Notes under the pieces: generated by a model | Seen by the model: only the letters and a program-made list of their open reading frames with translations | Told to the model about the DNA's origin: nothing | Databases searched by the model: none | Shown: positions 9,911-22,654 of the stretch, in pieces | Layout: every line of letters begins with the position of its first letter | Numbering within the stretch: the stretch's first letter is position 1 | DNA from: Leucoraja ocellata | Lineage: Eukaryota | Reading direction: 5' to 3' | Assembly: GCA_036785375.1 (NCBI GenBank) | Contig: JAWMAR010000243.1 | Location: 1 to 64,000 of the forward strand | DNA length: 64,000 nt | Program-made: the position numbers and the translations under genes

Positions 9911-12900
9911 AAACACAACAGGGAGGTTGTGGAAACTGCAATGTGCTGGAGGAACTCAGTGGATCAGGCAGCATCTGGAGCATTTAGTTTCACAAATAAC
10001 ATGAATTATTATTAAATATGTAAAAGAGAAAAACTGCATGTTTGTACATTAAATATAACTAGTGTTATACCCACCAGTGTTAGGATCTCCCTTTATTTTT
10101 CATTTGGACCATTGCCATTCATGTGACTCCCTAGGGTGCTATCTGAGGGCTATGCTGTCTGAGGCAATAGACAGTCAACATTTTGGGTCACGACCCTTCA
10201 GGCTGATGGAGTAGGGGGGAGATAACTGGAAAAGAGATGTGAGGGTGTTGCAAAACCAGGCAAGTGATAGATGGATGCAGGTGGGTAAGAGGGATGTTTT
10301 GCGAAGGCAAGTCTGAGGAGAGACGTGGCTTTTGTCACAAGTCTGGGTTCGAGTTTCACTGTACCTAAATTGGTACACGTGACAATAAACAGACCTTTGA
10401 ATCTTTTTGAACCTTTGAATATGGTCAAGCATAGGAATCACAGAGGGGGAGCGGTGAGAGAGGATCTCACAGGACTCCGGTCGGGGAGAGGAAGCAAACT
10501 TCTTCAAAGTAGGCATACTTTGAAGAGATTTCGCAGTGAAGCAATAGCAGACACAAGGTACTGCGGGTGCTAGTTGTCCTACTGAGTATTAGACCAGAGT
10601 TATTGTCTTCAGCTTTCGGTACAGTGTCTGATCATATGTTGACTTAATTGGACAATGGTCTCATTCGCCTTTAGCTTACATACAATTATAGTTTTAATCT
10701 TAAGTATGGTGATAAATCAATGAATGAAAAATTGACCGTAAGTCAATATTTGTTTGCCAGCGGTTTTTAGTTAAAGATGTTCAAATATATTGAAATGGAT
10801 GAAGATTAATTTCTGCATTCACCATTTAAAGATTTTGATAGTGGTTTGTGCTTTGGACTACTGTTCAAAGGAAATTGGACATATATTTGAATGTGATTTT
10901 TGACAGTACATCTCATGATCAGTGCGGCTTTTTTGTGAAGGTAAAATTCTGACTATGTTAAAAGGTACTTTGAGTAATATGTGTACAGTAAAACATAATG
11001 GATAATAGGGGGTCCGTTACTGCTGATTTCCCATTTTTAGTGAGTAGGGTGTTATTATTGTATGTAGTTAAAACAAAGAACTGCAGATGCTGATTAATGC
11101 ACAAAAGGATACAAAGTGCTGGAGTAACTCAGCGGGTTAGGCAGCAGGTTGGAAAGAGGAGGCAAACTCAGAGTTATATGGTCTTTCTGCGTGGAAACGG
11201 GCCCTTCAGCCCAACTTTCCCACTACGGACAACGTCCCATCTTCATAAGCCCCACCTGTCTGCATTTGGCACATATCCCTCTAAACCTGTCCTATCTTTG
11301 TGTTAAACCTGTCAAATCCATGTAACCTCTACAAGCCAGGCATTCTACTTTGCTTAGAGAATGGATAGGTGATGTTGGAACCCATCTTCAGACTAATTCG
11401 GTCTGCTGAGTTACTCCAGCACTTTGTGCCGCGTCACCGTAAAACTAAGCGCCAATGCGTGGTGTGAGGCAGGAGTAGCGTCGGCAAGGTCCATTCACTA
11501 TAACCAAAGTCCATTATAAAGGAGTTTGTTAAAATGAGTGTTTGTTGTGTTTTCATTGGACTAATTGGAAGCAAAGCTTAAGTTTATCTATTATTTCTCT
11601 TTTCTTTGGTCCATACTAGTGAATGAAATTAAGGGTTGTCTGTTCTAGGAATTTTAAATGTATATGCATTTTGAATGCTTTTGCAAATGTCTTGAATAAT
11701 GGCCCAGAATGTAACTATCAGAAATGTTATGTCTTTTACCAGTAACTAGTACGTGCAGACTTTGCATTTAAATCATTTTCTTTGTATTATGTGGCAATCT
11801 ATTCATCTAGATCTTCTTTATGTTTTAGTTTTGAGTCTAAAGTGGTGTTATGCATTATTTATGGTTTAGGCTTTTCAATCTGTAAAATTCATAACATGAT
11901 TTTGGCATCAAGAGCTATGAAGTTCTGGTAAGGTTGATAATTCAAATCCTTAGCCAAGAAAATTGCATCATCCCAATTCTTACTTTTCCCCCCCAAATAT
12001 CTTGGTTTATTACAGTCATGTGTACCAAGATATAGTGGGACAATTGTTTTGTATGCTCTCAGGCAAATAATATAAAACTTGAGTACAATCATACCAGGCA
12101 TCAGTACAGCAGATGGAATGGGATACTTATTGTCACAACAAGGCACAACAAGGCATAGTTGCCTCCTTGGTTCTCCAGAGAGAGAGAAAGGAATATAGTG
12201 TTACAAATATATTTATATTTCAAATAATAAAGTTGATATTGCATAAGCAGCTTTCCATAAGCAGGTTTCGCAAGCAGGTGACAGTGGTATGGATTCAATT
12301 TGTTATTTTAGTTCGACAAGCTTGCACCAATTCCTCTGTATGTTCTCTGATGTCGTCTTACACAAGCAATGCGAGAGCTGCAGCTGATTTCAGCAGATAT
12401 AGCAACGCTCTTGTGCATTAACTCTATTCTATGTCATAGTTTTTCTGAATTTAAGTGTTAACAACTTGCCCAAATGTAAAATTAATCTGGGCTTTGTAAG
12501 TACAGTCCACAATAGTGATAAATTGTTGAAAAATTAGTTGACAAGTTTGATTTGAATGTACACATATAAGTAAGCATCTTTCATTGGGAGATGTCCTATT
12601 TCTGTTCTCATGGAAGTACCCCTATTTCAATGGGCTTCTGTACGTAAGTGGAAATAATAGTTGTTGGAGACACAATACTGAAATCATTTATTTCATTTCA
12701 ATACAATTATACTAAAACTGTTACTGTTTTCCTCTTTGTTACGATTTGATGTTCATCTGCTTCTTGTATACATAATTGGGGTTGATGTCAGTGAATCTTA
12801 TTCTCTTATATGCTCTACCTGTACAGCAGAATACAGGCAAAGTGTCACTTATTATGTTGACTAGAAGTTTCAATTTTGGTGGAAGTGCTGAGAGTTTTAG

Positions 12901-12959
12901 ATGATTCAGGCCACAAGGAACTTACTAACTATGCCTTGCACATTCTAATCCAAATTGTT

Positions 12960-13350
12960 GATGTAGATTAAAAACAATAATCGTACCAGTATCAACCCTT
13001 GAGGCAAACTATTAGTCACAGGCTTCCAGTCCAAAAAAATATATATTCCAACATCACCCTTTGCTTCCTTACCATCAAGCTAATTATGTATCCAATTAGC
13101 TAGCTCTTCCTGGAATCCATGCAATTTAACCATCCAGAATTGCTTAATATTTGGAACCTTATCAAAGATCTTGCTGAAACCCATGTAGACTATGTCTACA
13201 GCTCTGCCATTGTCAACCTTCTTAGTTACTTAAAAAATCTCAAATTCGTGAGTCACAATTTCCCACCCACAAAGCTGTGCTGGCTATCCCTAATCCATCT
13301 GACTTTCCAAATACATAGATATCTTATCCCTCAGAATCACCTCCAGTAAG
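12960..13350 (-). mobile_element. Degenerate CR1 RT fragment
   Basis: The reverse complement contains SQHSFVGG...NL, AVDIVYM.F.K.FDKVP and WI.NWL motifs, like 53200-53500. Confidence 0.6.
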
Positions 13351-14094
13351 TTGCCTGCCATGGATATCAGGTGAATAGATGTTAAATGGCTTATTTACAT
13401 AAGATGCGCCGAGACCGTAAGAACAAGTTGATGATGTAAGTCAACAGTTACCTTTCAGCTTGCAGAATTTTTTTCATGCTGCTGTTGACTGGTATTGCAG
13501 TAGAAAGAAATGTGCAAAGCTAATACTTTACCACTTAGCAGCTTTGTAATTACGTTGTTACTATCGCAGTGAACATTTTCAAGTTGCTATCAAAAGAGCA
13601 AAGCAAAAACACTGTGAATATTTTGTCTTGTTTTAAGTTTTCAGCTCAATTTAATGCATCAGTTGTATTCTCCATACTTTGATGTAAGCAGTATTAAAGG
13701 AATGCTTTAATTTTTCATCTTAGTTTTTATTCCAAACCCCATTTAACTATTGCCAGTTAATGCTTGTGTCTACACATGACATAGATACTATTTCTTCCGT
13801 TTTGGTAATGGGGGAGTGAGTGCACACTTTTGTAATTTGGTGATGTGACACCTCATCAGTGCCAGGCTAATTGGATTCCAGACAATTACATCATTAGATA
13901 CTGGCAATTCATATTTCAGCAATGAGCTGTGGGGTAAGATATTAAGCACTCACCTTATGAAAGCCTTTTTAGGATTCTTCTGAAACTCTATCTTACAAGA
14001 AATGATTTTCTTCACTGGCTTATATCCTATGTTTGTGGATATATTTTTTCCTTCCTTTGCTTTCCGACTACTTCCAAAGGTGCTGCCACTATCT

Positions 14095-14285
14095 GCTGGA
14101 GTAAACTCAGTGGCTGACTTGCTGAAGAAGGGTCTCGATCCGAAAAGTCACTCATTCCTTCTCTCCAGAGATGCTGCCTCACCCGCTGAGTTACTTCAAC
14201 ATTTTGTGTCTACCGCTGACTTGCTGAGTAACTCCAGCACTTTGGGTTTTCCTCAAGATTCCAGCATCTGTAGTTCCTTGTGTCA
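14095..14285. mobile_element. PLE-terminus element nested in an older PLE-terminus element, with 13-bp TSD
   Basis: gctgacttgctga at 14113-14125 and 14215-14227 flanks agaagggtctcg...tgtctacc. Confidence 0.75.
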
Positions 14286-16680
14286 CTATTCTACTGCCAC
14301 TATATGTTGTGTTTGCTCCACCAAGCTGGCGTGAGGTAGAATCTGTGTTTCTCTTATGATTTTGTGTTGTTACTTCTAATGCATGGGGACAGGGTTCGAG
14401 GGATGGAAATTGTCACTTCAATTGAACACAATGAATAAAGTGTCCTACTGCTTGTTTATGCTTCCGTATATATAGCATAGAATGTATTGAGTAATGAGAT
14501 GATTGTGCAAACTATAATTAACGTCTAGATGTCTGATACCTGAAAGATTTGTTTACTGGGAAAATACTTACAAAGATGGCAACTGTTTTTAAAAGGTGCT
14601 GCTCATTGATCCACATATTGCTTGGGTATATGAAGGCAAATTAATTGGCACCAAATCTATATAGGAGATGAATATTTTTTTTTTAATTTAAACTGCCCCA
14701 GGAAGGCATCTTAAAATTCATTTTGTTTTTCCTGTAGTCCCTAAAATGTGAATTTGCTGGTTCCAGCCAGCATGACATGTCTTTTTTTTAAAAACAGAAT
14801 ACAAACCTATGCAGTTTCCTAATCTACCTCAAGTATATGACATTATATTTGTCCTCAGTAGATGACTCTTAAGTCGCATCAAAATTGGCAAGCAATTTTA
14901 TTGCTTTGGTGAAAGAACTGATAGTACCTTTTATTATCTCAGGCGTTCTTTAGGATAAAACAGAATTTTGATCGTTTTTCAAGTGGTACAACGTAATCTC
15001 AAAGACAGCCACGTTTTTGCATTATCTGCAAATGAAATAGTTCAATTTGAAAGAGAAAATTGTCGGCAGTGTTAATCTGTTGAATGCTACAGATTTCTGC
15101 CCATAACTCGAGTGCAATCAAAATCCACTTATTGTTTACAACCTTCCAATTATGCAGTTGTTTAAAATTGTGCAATGTGAAGTTTGGCCTTTAATCTCAG
15201 GAGCTCTGATTTTTCCTTTCAGCTGCCTGAAATTATTTTTATGTGGCTTTTTTCCTGAGTGATTCTGTTGAGAAGGAAAATATACTTTTCCAGTTCTAAC
15301 TCATTTACCTACCAGTAATTTCTCATTGTGATCAAACCTGGCATTATTGAATGTACTATAATCAATTATTTTACAGTTGACCTGCGAATGGACCATATGA
15401 TCATTATTACTTTGGACCTCTGGAGTCTTGCCTCACTATTATCACCAAGCACAATAATTAAAACAAGTTTTCCCATCCAATCCAATCCCTGACATATTTA
15501 TTAAATAAAATATTTAAGTGTTAATAGCCTAATGGTCTTGCTAACCTTCACCTTTGATTGCATTTTTTTAAACACCGTTTGCCTTTACAGAAATTAATGT
15601 GACCTTTTAATTGGATTTTAAAGTTATTGGTTTTACCTATTGAGATTGCAGATTAACATTTTCTTTGCATTTAATGAAGTAAAGCTCATTCTATCCTTTG
15701 TTTCTCAACAGTTTATCGCTGACAATTTAAGCATTAGCAGAAAGAAATCCTGAAATCCTGCCAGTCTTGGTTAATCTTAATTCCTGTAATTTAAGTAATT
15801 ACAGCTATTACCAATTCTCAGTAATTTCTAATATAATTCACACATACTCTCCAAACATATGCCCGATTCTCAATGTAGTTTTCAACAGCACTCTTATTAA
15901 ACTCGGTTAATGAAAAAGAGTCAAGTCAAGAGTCAAGAGAGTTTTATTGTCATGTGTCCCAGATAGGACAATGAAATTCTTGCTTGCTGCAGACCTTCGA
16001 AAAAAGATTTTATGCAGCCACTTGGCTTCCTTTTTCAATTTCTTTGAATAATTTTTAAAAAATAATATTTTCTCGTTTAATCAGTCTGGAATGGTGTGTG
16101 GCAATCCAGAACATCTTTGCAAATATCCTTTGTTTTGTTACCCAATGAATAATTAGCCAATTAACATGTGAATACTTTATGGTTCCCTTAATTTTCATGT
16201 TCTAAATGGACAGCTAAAATCAAAGGAAATTGTAGAACGCAATCATCTTACTGCTTTTGTAATATTGGAGACTTTAAAAAAAGGAAATAAAAGCAACAGA
16301 CTCTGTATACTAATTTGCTAATTATCTTGTGAAAGAGTAACTGCAACAGAGGGACAATAGTTTTGTACACTTCGTTTCAAATATCTCCTCAATATCCTCT
16401 ATCCAAAAGTGCACAATCCCCAACAAATTTTGTTTCTCTTCCTCATTATAATTCTTCAGCCCTGGCAACATGCACATTATCACTGCATCCTCTCCAGCGC
16501 TATCTTGTTTGGTGGTGACTGGAGGTTCAGTTTTGACCTGACTAATAATGTTTGCAATTTTATTCCATTCCCCATCTGATAAATTTAAGTATCTTATTCA
16601 CCTTTCTCAACGGCTTTATCTGGCCACTGGCAAGTGCTAAATTTGTATCGGAAAATAATGAAGTAAACTTTTCTTTGCAG

Positions 16681-16781
16681 ATTGGGAATTGGCAATCAGG
16701 GTCGGTGCGATGGATTGTGCCGAGGAGAAGAATTTTGCCGCATGTGCAGACTATGGTATTCACTTCTATCCAACGTTTCGG
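16681..16781 (+). CDS. QSOX2: QSOX2 exon 2
   Basis: ctttgcag|AT...CGG|gtaagg; (D)[33 protein letters not shown]. Confidence 0.95.
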
Positions 16782-17714
16782 GTAAGGGCACACCTGTTGA
16801 CGAAGTAATACTTTGTATAGTGAATGTGTGTAGTGTGTCTTTGTCTAGTGAATCATTCTTTGCAAACTTGCATATTTGAAATTAAAGTGAGATTTTTATT
16901 TATTCGTTTTTTCAGTTCCTTGATGTGCAGTCTTTTCTGCTGAAATGTAAGAATGTTTAGCTAATTTTGTGGGTGGAGAGAAATACAAGCTTTATAATTG
17001 AGAACCGACTTAACAGTACCTTTTCTTTGCATTGTGAAACGTGCATAGTAACTAGAACTGTTAAAGGTTAGTTTTAGTTTAGTTTATTTATTAATGTGGT
17101 TTATTGTCCTGTAAGCCACCTATGACTTTGAAGTTTGACTAAATAAATACATTTTTCCAATCTAATTTATTATCAAACTATTTTGGCTGGTGAACCCTGT
17201 ATATTTATCGTCTCTGTTGAAGCAATGAGAGACTGGCCCACTTTTTCCCAGTCATGCTGTATGTTTTGGTTTAATATGTACTTCTTGCCAGAGCTATACC
17301 AGAGATACACAGATGACCAGCATGCAGCTTAGTTAGTCTCTCACTGGATAAATTCCCTGCAGCATAAACTTATCAGAGGGATAAGTTAGGTGCAGAGTAT
17401 ACCATGAAGAAAGAAGTTCCCCTGAACTAAAATTATGCAAATCTTCTCAGCACTCCCGAATCAAAGGGTAAAAGTCAATGTTTCCTGATTGATATCAGTA
17501 AAATAATCTGTTATATATGTGAACAAAATTGGGGGAGATACTTGTCCAGAATACTTTGTGACTGTCATGCCACCAGGCAGAAAAAAGGTCCAGAAACCTT
17601 TTCTATTGTAATAAACATTGTAATGGTGAATTGTACAGAAATTAATTTATTGCTAATTTGATTTACATTTACATTACTTGGATACCAATAACTTTTTTTT
17701 GTCCCATTGTTGCT

Positions 17715-18545
17715 GGAGGAACTCTCTGAGGTACCACAACAGTAATGCCAATGACGATTGGTCTGTGTTGTGAGTGTGGTATTGGCTTAAAGACTAGTTA
17801 TTTGCCTTGACATGTTATTTGATCACCTGTTAAGGTCTGGTCGAGATTATAGCCTTTCTCCCATCCGCAGCTATTGAAGGAAGGAGGAAGTTTAACATCA
17901 TGAATTAGGTCAAGATGATATGCTTCTGCCCAACTCTCTACAAGATTACCATCCTCGTTGGTTTCTTTATAGCCCCATGAGGTGCTGTGACTGTTGAAAT
18001 CCCCAATGGTAACATTCATGTGTTGGTAACTGATGTTTTGTTCTTCAAAGGCAAATGAAGAGCCTGGCGGTTTGTAAACAGAGCTCACATTTAGTTTTCT
18101 CCAGGTTCACAGCAAGGATTTCTATGTTGTCCCTTTCTGTCATTGAAGTCTGGTTGATAATTAGGTCTCTTTTACTGAAGATAGTGCTGCCATATTTCTC
18201 ATGTGGCCTTTCAATGACTAGCTTCATTCCAGGGATCTTAGGTGGATGCTGTTGCTGGCCTCTGTGGGTCTCTTGTAGACATAAGACATCACAGTCATTC
18301 TCATTGCAGAGCTTTCCAATTAGTTGTTGTTTTGCAGATGAAACCCCCTCGGCATTGATGACATGGCTTCTGGCGACAATCAGTGGGAGCCATCACTTGT
18401 TAAAACTTGATAGGCTGGTGCTTGTAGCTTTGCAGGAGTTGGTACAATAGATACAGTAGATGATGGTGGCCTAGCTCAGGACGCTTAGAATTAGCTCAGG
18501 ACACTTCCCATTTCCAGCCCCGCGAACTGGATTCGTCTGCTATGG
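17715..18545 (-). mobile_element. Vingi/Ingi-type non-LTR retrotransposon, 5' part (APE endonuclease), frameshifted
   Basis: Minus strand INAEGVSSAKQQLIGKLCNENDCDVLCLQETHRG...IPGMKLVIERPHEKYGS...SVYKPP...IGDFNSHSTSWGY...PSFNS..W..GYN.D...PIPHSQHRPI (ORFs 18045..18227 and 17798..18088). Confidence 0.75.
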
Positions 18546-18559
18546 GGCTGTTTATCAAC

Positions 18560-18797
18560 ATGAGGACCAAAGTTGTGCCAATGAAAGTCAAAGAAGCCAT
18601 TATGAGGCTGAGAAACAAGAATAAAACTGTTGGAAACATCAGCCAGACCAAAATCAACTGGTTGGTACATCAGTAAGAAGAAAGAGATGGTGAACACTGG
18701 TGAGCTGACTGATCGCAAAGGGACTGGCAGGCCAAGGAAGACCTCCACAGCTGATGACAGAAGAATGCTCTCTGTAATAAAGAAAAATCCCCAAACA
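18560..18797 (+). mobile_element. Tc1-like transposase N-terminal (paired-like HTH) fragment
   Basis: MRTKVVPMKVKEAIMRLRNKNKTVGNISQT / KSTGWYISKKK...GELTDRKGTGRPRKTSTADDRRMLSVIKKNP, with the GRPR linker; frameshifted. Confidence 0.8.
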
Positions 18798-19311
18798 CAT
18801 AATAGGTGCTGTTTTTTTAATTTGCTCTCTGAACTGACACTATATGGGCTGATTATATGGGCATTTCAAAGAAATTCTATCTGGAATAGCTGTACTAACA
18901 ATTTTCTTCAACTTTCAAGAATTTGCATGTGCCTTTGGAACATATAATTTGAGGACTATATCACATTGTGTTTTCTCATGGGGATTAAAATACATTTCTA
19001 CTTTGATTTTCTTGACAGCGCCACCACAATTGTGCAGAATTGCTTAATGTGGTTGGATATTAATTATTGCCAGTTAAAGGACATGGCTACTAGGAAAAGG
19101 TTGTTGCTTATCACAATTTTGGGTGAGATTAACCCTGAAGGTGAATTTTTGGAACAAATGTGCCTTGCCAAGTTTCTTACTAATTTTCACAATTGAATGT
19201 ACTTATTGGGTAAATGTGAAATATTTGTTTTAAATCCACAGACTCTTGTGTGTTTTCAGTAAGAAATCTGTTGTTATTATCACTCATTTTTCACTTCTTG
19301 TTCCCTTGCAG

Positions 19312-19360
19312 TTCTTCAAAGCACTCGTGGGTCAGTTCGCAACAGGAGAAGATTATTACG
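19312..19360 (+). CDS. QSOX2: QSOX2 exon 3
   Basis: cccttgcag|TTC...TACG|gtatgg; FFKALVGQFATGEDYY(G). Confidence 0.93.
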
Positions 19361-19720
19361 GTATGGTACTAATGAGACAATTATTGAAGAATTTCTATAT
19401 CTAGCAGAAAATTGTAGAAAAGGCATTTCATGTTTCCTTCAATTTAAATGTATAACATTAGAAGCACAATACTAGTTCAATCAAGAATTTGAAATTGTGC
19501 AATTTGGATATGGATAGCTCTGATATTAAGATACAACTGTGGGCAGGTATTTGAATTTGCGACTGCAACACAAGTGGTGCCTTGCATTTAAATACTCTAT
19601 CTCTGTAGAACTATAGCTGTTTCCTTTTCTATTTATTGGAAGGTGGCTGAGATTTATTTTTGTATTCATCTACCAATCACCTAAACAATTCGATCTAACC
19701 ACCCTCTGAAATGGTGTTTA

Positions 19721-20014
19721 ATGCTTTCAGAAAGTATTCAGACCCCTTCACTTTTTCCACATTTTGTTACGATACAGCCTTATTCTAAAATGGATTAAAA
19801 AATTTTTTTAATCAATCTACACACAATACCCCATAATACAAAAGCAAAAACAGGTGTTTGGAAATGTTTGCAAAGTAATTATACAGAAATAACTGAAATA
19901 TCACATTTATATAAGTATTCAGACACTTTACTCAGTACTTTGTTGAGGCATCTTTGGCAGCGATTACAGCCTCAAGTCTTCTTGGGTATGTGCTACAAGC
20001 TTGGCACACTTGTA
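19721..20014. mobile_element. Tc1-like IR/DR-type terminal inverted repeat and adjacent internal sequence
   Basis: Direct repeat aagtattcagac at 19732-19743 and 19913-19924, about 180 bp apart; resembles teleost Tc1 ends as recalled. Confidence 0.75.
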
Positions 20015-20145
20015 TGAGGCGACCATAATGAGGCTGTGACTAGTTTCCAGAATGCAGGAACTCCTCACGACCATGAAGGCAACTCCCCGGCGACTATGTA
20101 GCGACTGCATAGTCTCCTGCAGTTGCCTAAGTGGGACAGGCCCAT
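20015..20145. mobile_element. One end of a Harbinger-type MITE
   Basis: Ends in cctaagtgggacaggccc, the same terminal motif as the MITEs at 50432 and 55280. Confidence 0.55.
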
Positions 20146-20222
20146 ATGGTTTACTTTTATGATAATGCTCATGAAAAATGGATTAGGGAACTCATTAAAA
20201 TCTGTGAATATTTGTTTTGCAG

Positions 20223-20328
20223 GACCAAACAAAGAGTTACAGACGTTCCGACATACCATGATTGATTTTCTACAAAATAGTACATATCCAAACAAGCCCC
20301 CTGCTTGCCCTGTGCTGGAACCAGCCAG
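20223..20328 (+). CDS. QSOX2: QSOX2 exon 4
   Basis: ttttgcag|GA...AG|gtattg; PNKELQTFRHTMIDFLQNSTYPNKPPACPVLEPA. Confidence 0.95.
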
Positions 20329-21427
20329 GTATTGTTAAAAGTACCCGTTTTTAAGTAATAACATCAATGATTTTTCTGGTGACTAATAATTACCTTGGTA
20401 CAAGATTAGAGAGATGTTGCTTTTTACATATTTGAAGAGGGTGCCCCCTACTGTTACTTAACTTTGTGGCAGGCTCTTCATTTTTACGGAGATGTGTATA
20501 TTCTAACATACAGCTACATTTTATTTTCTCGCATCACTTTGCAGCAAATCAATTACTTTGATTTGGCCTTTCTTTTGGTCAATTAGGAAATGAAAGAGCA
20601 ATTCCTTGAGAATTACTTTATTATTTTATCTTGTGCCTTTCATGTGCAAAATTCTCTTTGTTTCCACAACATTAATTGATTAAATTCCTTGTATACAATC
20701 TTATTGATGTTGATTTCTTACAATATACTAAAAGGAACTGTCCTTCATAGTATTTAGACATGCCAGACCTTAAGATCATTGCTTCATTTTTCTGTCCTAA
20801 TGCTATTAATCTTAGTCTTAGTAATTTTGCTGAACGACCACGATCTCTGTTGAATGATTATTTTTCAGAAGAGATAAATGTTCCTCTTGTTCCTACCCTA
20901 ATAAACAGCAAAGCCAATTTGAAAGGTTAAGAATGTTGATGGAGCCAGGAAAAGATTCTGAGTTGGGTGAAAGCTCCAAAGTCACATAACCTACTAGGAA
21001 TTGTTTCGGTGTGCTCTTTGAGCATTTATTTTTGTTTAGGAAAGACGGTGTTGTATTTGAAGGCTGTCAGAATTTGCTAAACTATAATCATGCAGCTAAT
21101 CTTCAGAAGATGAACCAAAGAAATTGATCATACTGAAAATCAAATATCATGGATGTTGTAAAGCTTGCTGTTTAGTTTAGAATTCCACCATTCACAAACA
21201 AGAGTTCTCAAGTTTTATTAAATATATTTAATGTTCTTTACAGAAATTTAGAACATCAATATAGTTCAATATTCCTTTACTTAGTTCAAATTTACAAAAT
21301 TACCTGTGGCATCTATCTAATGTTTTGTTATAATTAGAAAAGCAGTCTTCTTGGGAGATGCCTTGGTATGCATTTTTGTTCCAACTGTCATCCTCAAAAG
21401 TCTTTTAAATGTGTTTCTCTCTTTCAG

Positions 21428-21518
21428 CTCCTTTTCTATCCTATCAGACTTGGGTAAACACCAGAAGCATTATACTGCTGTTATCTTTGAAACAGCGTCG
21501 TCATATGTAGGTCGGGAG
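21428..21518 (+). CDS. QSOX2: QSOX2 exon 5
   Basis: ctctttcag|C...GAG|gtaagt; SFSILSDLGKHQKHYTAVIFETASSYVGRE. Confidence 0.93.
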
Positions 21519-22172
21519 GTAAGTGATTTTTTTTAACATTTCATTCCAAATTCTTTTCTGCTTCTCCATTTCACCAAAAATGGAGGATATCGTCTCTTGC
21601 ATCAAATATTGTTTTGCATAAGTGAAAATGAAGAATGGGTGTCAAGTAACCTTGTTGGTTTAAAAATTAATCTGAGGATTCATGAATGATGAATGCCTTT
21701 GTCAGTGAACAGGCCAGCAGTGCGAATAAGCACGTGATCATACATGTAATTGAATCTGTAAGCAAAAACCTAAGCAATCAATGTCTGGCTTTCTTTGTGG
21801 CGAAGTTAGAAACTTAAATAACATATGGTTTACCATAGCAATGCGAATGCAAGTTAAATTCAGTTACACAAAGTTAAATGATTTTATTTCAAAGTGTTAA
21901 ATTATTTTCTGTGGAATTAGTTTGAATAAAAGTGCCAGTTTGGTTTGTTGGATGGCACATTCCATTTGACTCATCTGTATACCAGGTACTTGGCTCTTTG
22001 GCTTAGAAGCTGAATCCAGACTCTTTGTATGACAATATATCTGGGCAGACTGCTGGTATTCATAATGTTTAGAGCAAATAGACCATTGATTAAAAAAAAT
22101 TAAAAAAAAATTAACTCTTTCAAAATAACCATGCTATGATGATGTTTACAGGTGTGTGTTATCTTCTAATAG

Positions 22173-22318
22173 GTGATACTTGATTTGATGCAGTATGAAA
22201 ATATTGTGGTAAAAAGAGCAGTGAATACTGATGAAAAGTTAATGGGGAAACTAAATATTACTTCAGTGCCATCCTGTTACCTGTTCCATCCCAATGGCTC
22301 TCGTGGATTGATTTACAC
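22173..22318 (+). CDS. QSOX2: QSOX2 exon 6
   Basis: ctaatag|GTG...AC|gtgagt; [48 protein letters not shown]. Confidence 0.95.
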
Positions 22319-22654
22319 GTGAGTGTGCAAGTTACTTTTTAGCGCTGTAAAAAATCTTAATCTGACCAGATCATACAGACTAAAATGGAGTGGGGAAGAA
22401 ACAAAACCATAATGCATTAGGGACCCAATGTCCGATGTTGTAAAACAGGCAACACAACACATACCTGATCTTTTGAATGAAAAATATATATTTTGCAGTG
22501 ACGTTACTATTTGTGACGGGAAAACCTCTCTTCATCACACTTGTATGCAATGTGAAGTGGGTTTTGGAAGGTATTTCCTTTTTAAACTGGAAGTGAATTT
22601 GGAGATGGAAGGTGAGAGAAATATATGCCACAAATTAAATTTAAATTCAATTTA

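Noticed and set aside
18505-18550. HDV-like ribozyme at the 5' end of the Vingi/Ingi element (cagcccc/ggggctg stem, CGAA)
   Set aside because: Ingi-family 5' ends can carry HDV-like ribozymes, but I could not build the nested double pseudoknot; only a simple hairpin is visible.
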